NCBI RefSeq assembly: GCF_037042905.1
Contig: NC_087251.1
Location: forward strand, 21,888,001-21,952,000
Origin: Lytechinus pictus
Lineage: Eukaryota
Length of the DNA stretch: 64,000 nucleotides
Reading direction: 5' to 3'
Shown here in pieces: positions 54,501 through 64,000 of the stretch. Both the position numbers and the translations under genes were made by a program. A model generated the notes under the pieces. It was not told the DNA's origin. It did not search any database and worked only from the letters and a program-made list of their open reading frames with translations. The stretch's first letter is position 1, and each line of letters begins with the position of its first letter.

Positions 54501-55089
54501 CAAATCTCCATTAAAAGTTACTTTTAAGAACAAGAATCCCTGATCCTTCTTTAATTGTATCCATCCCCCACTAATTGAATTGGGTTCATAGGGGCATCTG
54601 TGGACACTCTCTTAGACATGCACCATCATGTAGGTGGTTTTGGACCATGCACTCAGGAGGGATTCGTCATGTGGGCCATGACATCCATCAGAAGGCAATA
54701 TGATGACATTCATTTCAAGTCATGTTCTTCTTCAAGGGGATGATGTAAATGCGGTTTTCTCGATTAAAAGAAAAAGCTGGAACATCCATCAAGCGCTTTG
54801 GATACTGATTCCTTTCTAACGGATCAATCCATTGACTTCTAAAGCCGCAATAACGTTGGAGAGCATGGGTGTCTTTAATCATCCTGATGAAGAGATTTTT
54901 CAGTATATGTTTTAAACTCTCTTTTCTTAGATTGAAGACAAGATGATCTATTCCGTTTGAAGGTCTTGTCTGATTCCAGTGATATATCATTACTATAGTT
55001 TAATTTCTTGGAAAGTAAAAGTCATCATCTTTGCTCTTTCATTCACTGCATTCTTCACTGCATCACCTTTATAATATTCCATTCATATA

Positions 55090-55444
55090 TTATCACCTCC
55101 AGGTCTAATTTTCTCATTGTAATGTGAAACAATATTTTGTTCATCCCTGAACATGTGGAATTACCATTATTTTAGCAATTTATGGTTAGGTCAAGTTGGT
55201 CCTTATTGTCAAATATGTAAAATTGAAATATTGTATAATTCAAACAATAAAAAAAGTGAGTGAGGGACATAACTCTCTCATTTGCATATCACTGAGTTTT
55301 ACATATGTTTTGTGAAAAATAAGCGAAACTTTAAAATGTTGTAACATTCTTTTACATCTGATTTTGATAAAATTTTCAGCGTTATGCTTGTTTTATTTTT
55401 CTCTATCAATTCATATCAACAATTTTCTGGGATGGACTTGACCT
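55090..55444. mobile_element. Partial inverted copy of the 11412-12013 Kolobok-like family
   Basis: Ends ttttctgggatggacttgacct; colinear with the reverse complement of 11412-11760. Confidence 0.8.
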
Positions 55445-55549
55445 TTGAAATAGACTTCAGATATTTGGTAAAACGTACTTGTGTCTAAAAAGAGACAATA
55501 TCTCTCATTTTCCCCGTCTCTTCCATTACGTCTTTAGTTTTACAAGAGA

Positions 55550-55654
55550 CTGGGGGAGCATTTCATGAATTATCTACCAAAATCCTTGGTTCTGATTGGC
55601 TCAGAGCAAACTTGACAATGAAAATCACTTATTGTTTCATGAAACAATCCCCAG
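55550..55654. mobile_element. Short MITE, family of 530-676
   Basis: ctgggggagcatttcatgaa / ttcatgaaacaatccccag with GA on both sides. Confidence 0.7.
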
Positions 55655-57068
55655 GAGTGCTGCTGGACAATTTGCATATGACATACTTACTACTCTCTGT
55701 AAAATGAGTATAATGTAAATCCAGTGTTTATCCTATGACATTTGGTATGTTATGCAAGTCATCCATGATATCACATAACAATACAGATAATGCATAATGA
55801 GTACAAACTCTTTCTCGGATATTTGCTTATTTCTTAACTGACTTATTCATTCATTATGTTTTGCCCCCTTTGAGTTTATCATGTAAAACCCCATGTTTAT
55901 AGATTTTCTTGTATGGTTTTGTCTCTTAAATGTTGTTAGGGCTTCAGTCTTCATCCAAACCGCATTATGTTTATCATTTTCACATAGGGCCTACATTCTC
56001 TTGAGTGCAAAGGGTTCTTTGTCCATACGTTGCCAATAAAGTAAAAGTACCAGATATTTTGTTGCGGTCTTACAACGAGGTCACTGGAGGTCAGTTCTGA
56101 AGTCATGTTTTCGTAATTGAAACGTTAATTGCTTCAGATGACACACTAGGTACGCACAGCAATCATCCCGCGTCATCATTTGCCTTCATCTATTGTTTTA
56201 TAGGTGACTTGAATCTTCATCAAAGAATCGAGATCACGCGATGCCTGCAGCTTATAAAAGGGGAAAATTGTAGTGAAAGATGCATATTGCATTTCACTGT
56301 AGTGATTTTATCAAGGATAATGCCAAATTTTACCATTTTTCATTATGATGTCTGTTTGTTCTAGGCATGAACACATCTCACACAAAAACAATACAATTGA
56401 AAGAAGGTGTAATGATTATTCCTTTTTTTAATTTTGCATTTACCCTAGATTTTTTGTTATTGAAATTCAACTTTTTTTTCAAATAATACAGTGATTATGG
56501 CTTTCTTACTTTTTTCATATTCTCTCAAATTTTCAACAATTTCTTATTTTTTAATCTTTCTTTCAGAACAACCGCCATTAGGTGTAAATTTCTCCTTAAT
56601 TAATGCAACACAAAATATTAACCAGAGGGTTAGTACAAGACATTTTAAGTGATATCTATTGTCTTCTAACACAAAATGCGGTTTCCCCCATAGCTCGAAA
56701 GTCATTTGAATAATGATCTTGCTACTTTCTGAATGGAACCTTCCATTAGCATTGCTTTCATGTTCAGCAGCCCCAGGAAGTTTACTTTGCCCCGGATGGT
56801 TGGGCGACGGAGTGAAGTGACGGTAGGATGCTGATCGTCATATCCTCCCGTTTCCGTTGGGTTAAATGCTTTAGTAAATGAGTGCTGCATCTTAAGTAGT
56901 TTTAAAATCTTCGATAGAACGAAAGAAGATGTGCTCTGGTCCTGATGCATATGAAATTGATTGTTAAACCTGTCTGAACTTTGATAAAGATTCAATAATG
57001 TGAAATGTAATACATTGGACTATCATCCGAGCATCCCAATCTTAAAAAGTGATGCGACCATTAAATCA

Positions 57069-57124
57069 TTTTTGTCTCACCTGCATAGCAGAGTGAGACT
57101 ATAGGCGCCGCTTTTCCGACGGCG

Positions 57125-57158
<34 letters not shown>

Positions 57159-58053
57159 CGGCGGCGTCAACACCAAATCTTAACCTGAGGTTAAGTTTTT
57201 GAAATGACAGCATAACTTAGAAAGTATATGGACCTAGTTCATGAAACTTGGCCATAAGGTTAATCAAGTATTACTGAACATCCTGCCTGAGTTTCATGTC
57301 ACATGACCAAGGTCAAAGGTCATTTAGGGTCAATGAACTTAGACCATGTTGGGGGAATCAACATCAAAATCTTAACCTAAGGTTAAGTTTTTGAAATGTC
57401 ATCATAACTTAGAAAATATATGGACCTAGTTCATGAAACTTATACATAAGGTTAATCAAGTATCACTGAACATCCTGCATGAGTTTCACGTCACATGACC
57501 AAGGTCAAAGGTCATTTAGGGTCAATGAACTTTGGCCGAATTGGGGGTATCTGTTGAATTACCATCATAACTTTGAAAGTTTATGGATCTGATTCATGAA
57601 ACTTAGACATAATAGTAATCAAGTATTACTGAACATCCTGTGCAAGTTTCAGGTCACATGATCAAGGTCAAAGGTCATTTAGGGTCAATGAACTTTGGCC
57701 AAATTGGGGTATTTGTTGAATTACAGCCATAAATTTGAAAGTGTGTTGGTCTAGTTCATAAAACTTGGACATAATAGTAATCAAGTATCACTGAACATCC
57801 TGTGCGAGTTTCAGGTCACATGATCAAGGTCAAAGGTCATGTAAGGTCAAAGAACTTTGGCCACGTTGGGGGTATTTGTTGAATAGCCATCATATCTCTA
57901 TAAGTGTATTGTTTTAGTTCATAAAACGTGGAAATAAGAGTAACCAAGTATCACTGAACATCTTGTGCGAGTTATAGTAGTTTTCAAAATCAGCACTGCT
58001 GCTATATTGAATCGCGTGATGCAGGTGAGACGGCCAGAGGCATTCCACTTGTT
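57069..58053 (+). mobile_element. Tsp/HINE-like element with (GGC)n microsatellite and about 4.7 internal repeats of 162-192 bp
   Basis: Subterminal IRs gtctcacctgcat (57074) / atgcaggtgagac (58019); 5' hairpin gtctcac..gtgagac; GGC run 57118-57166; ends cttgtt; T-rich site. Confidence 0.9.
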
Positions 58054-60785
58054 CATTGATCAATTCTCTATTATTTTTGCTACATGCATGTAAGTTCTAT
58101 TTATTAAAGCTCTTTGAACACTTGTTAGTTATTGTATACCAGAAAGCAAAGTTTCTGTCCTGATATATTTATCCACGGACCTTTGTGTACTAGGTCCATG
58201 ATCTATCCATTCCATACTTGAGAAGTGTTTTCATACTAAAAAAAAAAGAAAGAAAACAATTGTAAACATAGGGACCAAACAATTTTCTTTTGAAAGCATT
58301 TTGGTTGTAAATTCATTCCCAAATTTTAGATATTATATCACAATTTTCACATTACATGTATTTTATATATACATAATTCTGTTATATATATGTTGATGTA
58401 TATTAAGAAAGTGTCTTAACATTTTCAACTTGGAGTCACTATACGTGACCTATATTAAACATTGTATTTCACCTCTTTGTATATTAGGAAGTGGAGGTAG
58501 AGCAGACATCCGACTGAGAACCTTCCTCGAGATTAAAAGCCATGTTGAATTCAGATTATTTGCATGGCTAAAAGCATAGTCTGTTGAAAGCATTGTGTAG
58601 AAGCTTTTTGTTTGGCCCCTATTTGAAGAAGATTTCCTGGATTTGACATTTATCAAACACATTCTTCACCTCTGGTATAAAGTTGATGCAAGTTTGTTTT
58701 CTGCAAGACAGTGATGTTGATATAAGATGCTTTCAAGCTGGACATTGTTCTCAAGTCCCCAACTTTCCCAAGTACCTTGAAAGTATGAACAATCCTAATA
58801 AACACTGATTAAATTATTTTTTTCAGGGTGTTATGATTGTGTAGTGACACTAAAACAATAGTGAAAATGTTGTATGAAAACAAATGCATTAATACCCAAT
58901 TTTAGTGATGTTTGGTAGGTGACATTAATTTTTTTTTTATTCTTGTGACCACCGCCATTCTGTGTCAATGCTTGGTGTGAACAGTAATACATTTTTGTAT
59001 AAGAATATTAAAACCTGTTCCATTTATTCAGAAGGATTGCCAATTTGAATGCCATTGTTCCACAAAATTAAAAAAAAATGCATTCCAGATTCCCCTCATT
59101 TCTGATTTCTTTGAGATTCTTGTGATATAGAGCACAAGTAAGTCATTGGGTCCTAAATTATTTTTATTGGGTCAAAATTATTTTTTTGTTTGAAGTTGCA
59201 GTTGATGTCTATAGTTGTCATTAGTTGCAGTGTTTTATGCAATATACCTGTTGTCTAATCAATGAAAAGTACTTATGGATATCAAGGCACCCTACCATAT
59301 CTATTCTTTTTTTTACTTACTGACTATCAGGACATAGCAAACTAGTCAAACTTAAAAAAAAAATGTTTCAAATGGAAGGTTGGGATGGGTAGAATTACCC
59401 CTCGATACGGTAGAGGAGTGACATAAATTTTAAAAAAGTTTGGAAAATGCTGCAACTCCTCAAACCTTTTCTGCTTTTTACCCTTTATGTTTTTAGAGCT
59501 TACTTTCTGGCGGAGCTTACGTTCAATTCTCGTTCACTCCATTTATCAGTTGAGGGCAGTGTTCCTTGTTAGAATAAAAGTTCAGGTGGATGGTGGGTTC
59601 TGGCTAACACCAACTCAGTTGGTTGGGGGAAATGAGTAGCGAGAACTATCGTTCACTTCTTATCTCAAGAGGGCAGCCTTTTACATTGTATACCAGTGCT
59701 GATTAAGTTTGTTTAATGATGCAGCAGATACTTTTATTTTGCATCATGCAAAAGAGATATGCAACCAAGTATTGGATCGCATTGTAGGGAGATGAGTATG
59801 TATTGAAAGAAAACAGAAGGACAGAAAGAAGATCTATACTAATCAAGAAGCAATCATGTAGAATATGCTATTTGGTCTTATTCCACCTTGTCTAAAACCT
59901 TTTTGGTCTAATTCCATTTTGTCTATATGACCATTTTATTTGAATAATGTGTTCAAATATGGAATTAACTCCTGTTTATATTAATCTGATTTACAGTTAG
60001 GTGTTGCCTCTTTTTGTCTTTGGCACCATAACTAAAACCCTTTGCATTTTAGCAGGAATCTTGCTTGCCATCCTACACAGCAGCTTTCTCACATTCCTCA
60101 TGGTTATTCTTTGCTGAAATAGACATGCCTTCATTTTTTTTGGTGGTACCTTATATACCCAAGTGTTCTAAAACCAAGTTTGTGTAAAATTTATTGATAA
60201 TTAGTAATTCATAGGCCAAGTGGTCATTAGATAGGAAAAGCTATAGATTAAATGGCAATTAGACTATTTGATAATAAGACCAGTTGGGCAATGGACCAAA
60301 ATAATGACCAGACCAAATTAATAGTAAACCAAGTGGAATTTGACAAAGCTTGTTAACCTACCTATGAATGATACCATATAGCTATAAACCACTGCAATCA
60401 ATAGTGTGCTGTTGCTAATCATGATTGCTGCCCTCTACTGTGCATGTATGAAAGGTAATGAGCTCGTGCATTCTGATTGGATGAAAGTTTTTTTTTCCTC
60501 ATTTGTCTATTAAAATCACAGGATGTTTTAGACCTCAATTTTCCCTCCTCCAACCTTCATTAAAAAAGAGAACATATTATAGCTCTTACATAATTCCCCA
60601 TCAATTATTTTATTGTTTTCATATTAATTTTGAAGAACTACCATCAATGTGTCATGATATAAATATATGCAATCTAGTTGTAATTCTTTATTACATAGTT
60701 TAATATGAACTTTAGACTAATGTCAATAATAATATTTTTTTAATTTATTTTTTTAATATGTGAGATGACACTGAATTGACCCAGG

Positions 60786-60826
<41 letters not shown>

Positions 60827-60829
60827 GTA

Positions 60830-61284
60830 TTTGTGATACTTTATGTATTTTTTGTTTGATTCATTTTACCTTTTGTTCTATTATTTGTCCTTGTATGCTA
60901 CCTGCTTTATGCCATTTTATATCAATAATTTTCAAAGTTTTTTAAATTGTCAATTTTATAACTTATTTATAAATTTTACTTAGTTTAATTTTAGTCACAC
61001 GTTTTTAAAGTAATTTCCTTTATTTCTATGATTTTGTTCGTCTTTTATTCTGTCTTGATTTTAATCTAGGTTTTTAATTTTTGTTTTGATTCATTTAATG
61101 TGATATCATTGATATGTCATGTAATTTTGATTGTGTATTGTATTTTACTTTATATTAATTGTATTTCATTTATTTTGTTAATTTTTCTATGTCTACAGGG
61201 CTCTTTTGTAAAGCAGGCCTTTGGGCTCTGAAAGGACTACCCTGTTTTTAAATAAAACTGAATAAATAAATAAATAAATAAATT
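60830..61284 (+). mobile_element. Probable LINE 3'UTR remnant
   Basis: Long T-rich region, then stem-forming acagggctc..ccctgt and an (AATA)n tail. Confidence 0.5.
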
Positions 61285-63173
61285 CCTTAAAAGGCTAGAG
61301 TGTAGAATAGAATGTTGTTATTAGCATTATTATTTACATTTATTTGACTATCAAAAATATACATACAGAATACAAAGGTATAGGATAAAGAAAAATGGGA
61401 TGTGGGTCAGGTTTCACAGAAGATTAATTCTTCCTTGTTGAGCAGAGGTCAGGTATGTGGAACCTTATGTGCCTCTCCGGGTGATAACAGAGAGTAAGAA
61501 ATGGCATCATGATGATCATGATGCCAATTCAATATCACCCTATGAAAATGGTTAAATGTAGAAAATTAATGTTGCAAAAATAGTCCATTCAGAATCTGTT
61601 TGCCAGATTAAAACAAACGCCCCACCCCCCCCCCCCCCCTCTCTCCGGCTCTTGATGTAGGATACCACATAAGGAGGAGTACTATTGACTCCAGCAGTTT
61701 GAAATCGTTTGAAATTTATTTCCGATTGATGAAAAAAAAACTTTTAATGAAAAAAAAACAGGCCTGTTAAAAGCATTCTCTTGCTGCACTTTCACTTTAC
61801 ACACCAACTGACTTTCAGATTGGAATTTTTAGACTGCATCTAATCACACAATATACTTTCTTCAAGTATCAAAAGTTCAATGTTTGGTTTTTATAATCTT
61901 GAAATATTGACTAATAATTTCAATTGTGATTTCACAATAAGTTTGATGAGTTTGTCTACTCCCAAGATAGTGAACTTAGCTTTGGTTTTACATATGCTTA
62001 CTTTGCAGAGTTTCAAATTACCATATAAATTTCAATCATAAAATCACTTCTGAAGGTAAGATTGTTTTCTAAAAGTAAGTGTGGAAACAGCTTTAGTAAA
62101 TAGCAAGAGTAAATTTGGATCAGCCAAAACAGTCTAAAGATTTCCATCCCTGTTATTTCATAACTGTCTTTTTCAAGATCCTCTTAAAAAAGAATGTGGG
62201 TCAGGTGACACCATTATTGCTCACCTTATGCATTAACCATGAAAAACAAGCCCTTTTATATACTGTCCCATTTATTAAAGGTATGAAATTTAGAGTTTCC
62301 CATATTTGTTCTGCATGCACTATATCTTTGATCTACAGGTAAGTGCTTTACCCCCACAAAGAGAACAACAGAAGCTAAATGTATATTAAAGCCAAATTTA
62401 CAATTCATCAAGAGTTTTTTTTTCAAGTTTGTACAATATTTTTTTCAGGTTTTGTACATTTGATTTTCCAATCTGTGACATTGCTGTGTGATGGCAAAAA
62501 GAAGAGCAATCCTTTTCTTTGTAATGCACTGTTTGATCTCATTGCAAAGGCATGAAAGTGTACCATTTAGTCAAGAAAAAAAAAATCAGTATGTGAACAG
62601 ATCATAATTTTGTTCTCTGGATTAAGTTCAGCCTTTTTCTCTGGAATTTGTATTTGTTTGTTCGTACTGCGTATCTTTCCTGATTTAGGCACTGGTATGT
62701 TTTCTTAAATTTATGAGAGATTAATGGCCAATTGTGCTGATAATCTAGATATTTAATTGCTGAATATTTATGTCAAATTTGCCTACCCATTGTTAAAATA
62801 TTTAAACCACAATCTGAATTAAACTAGACTTCACTCTATACTATAAATGTATTTACTAAAAGAAAAAAAAAATCTCAGGAATTATTTATAGATAATGAAA
62901 TTAAGCAAGGCATGATTTTAATGCAAACTACATTTATGATGGGGAAACTAAACAATATGACAAAATTGAAATGCTTATTCCTCAAAATGCCCAATTGACT
63001 TGATCATTATTAAAGGAATAATTATTAAGGATCCCATACCATATGAATGTAAGAAAGATGATTGGATAGATTGATTTGTGATACTTGACTACAGCTCTGG
63101 AACTTCAAGGAAAATCTGTAACTATCTTGGACACCGTCTCACTACCGTTCTAAAACTAGTTTAGTGGAAACTA

Positions 63174-64000
63174 AGACCCCTGTTACATCTGAGAGATTCT
63201 CTACCTTGGGCGGGCCCGGGGCCTACCTCGGGTCGGAAAGAAATCAGATGTAAACATCCCAAACCTACCTCGGGCCACCTTTTAGCGAACCTATACCCGA
63301 GACCACATCCAGAGGTAGTCTTGGATAGGTATCGGGCCGGTCCCGGTCCACCGATTCGTAGATGTAAACGCGCACAAGCTTTCGAACCTATCTCGGTCCG
63401 TTCGCCAGCTGTCAAATTACGTCATAGCGCGCGCTATCCCCTCCCCAGCCCCGTTGTTCTTCGAATGTTTTGCGGCATGCGACATGTGAATTGTGATTGA
63501 TAAAGTCTTTGATTTGAGTGGAAAGAAGGAATCTTCAGCTGCAAACTCCTCGTTCACCACTCGTTGCCAGAAATGCCCCGATCGGTACTTGCTCCAGAGT
63601 ACCCTGTCGCTTGTGCAGCCGTAGCTCATCGCCATTATCAACATCATCGCCATCCTTATTCTCTGCCGACGCCTTTCCTCAAACCTTCTCACTCTGATTG
63701 CCCTTTCCCGAAGAAATTGCTTACGACTTTCCCGAATCAGGGAATACACATTAATATTCTTCATAATGTATTCGAGGGTCTGTACTTTTCGGGGTTTTAA
63801 ATATCTAGAAATAACAACTAACGTACACTATCCGATCGTAACCAAATGGCGAGCTAGCAGCCGACAAGTGTAACGAAATGTAAACAACTTCAATTAGCGC
63901 CCGCAAATTATTCAGAGCCTAGATCAAAAGCGCCCTTTGGTGTCAGCAATCGGATACCGCTCGAAACCGTACCGATAGGGAAGGAAATGAACGATGTGAT
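63174..64000 (-). mobile_element. Internally deleted PIF/Harbinger transposon running off the window edge
   Basis: Terminal gacccctgttacatctg with subterminal gatgtaaac and ctcggg repeats; carries a transposase N-terminus. Confidence 0.7.
63530..63764 (-). pseudogene. N-terminal fragment of a Harbinger (HARBI1-like) DDE transposase
   Basis: Arg-rich helix, hydrophobic stretch, then RVLWSKYRSGHFWQRVVNEEFAAED, resembling the R..W...RS..W motif that precedes NFRM in Harbinger transposases; similarity stops there. Confidence 0.7.

Noticed and set aside
57118..57166. GGC run as a poly-Ala/Gly coding exon or CpG-island promoter
   Set aside because: It sits at the usual microsatellite position of the HINE element
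57170..57970. Regularly spaced repeats that might suggest a CRISPR array (also 38540-39030)
   Set aside because: Whole units are homologous with no unique spacers, there are no cas genes, and the context is a eukaryotic HINE

Overview
AT-rich (roughly one third GC by eye), repeat-dense, intron/intergenic-like animal genomic DNA. The repeat repertoire (Tsp/HINE-like elements, Kolobok-, Harbinger- and piggyBac-like MITEs, poly-G hAT-like ends, a SINE with an L2-type tail) looks like a marine invertebrate, most likely a sea urchin; this is inference, not a database result. No intact cellular protein-coding gene is recognisable, and nearly all ORFs in the track look spurious. The coding remnants I can identify all come from transposons: a 5'-truncated Penelope-like retroelement (RT + GIY-YIG, 4353-5995, minus), two CR1/L2-group LINE fragments, and the N-terminus of a Harbinger transposase at the right edge. 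The best structure is the Penelope element. It has a 13-bp TSD, a 92-bp inverted pseudo-LTR, a compact octamer x3/CCAAT/TATA promoter-like module and, just downstream, a minimal hammerhead ribozyme with a compensatory C3U/G8A core. Also notable are HINE tandem arrays carrying composite nuclear-receptor elements, a SINE/LINE pair sharing a 3' tail, a nested Harbinger insertion, candidate recursive splice sites, and a probable minus-strand host promoter with 5'UTR exons near 8.4-10.1 kb. I cannot support a claim of a wholly new biological system; the top findings are unusual instances or combinations of known phenomena.
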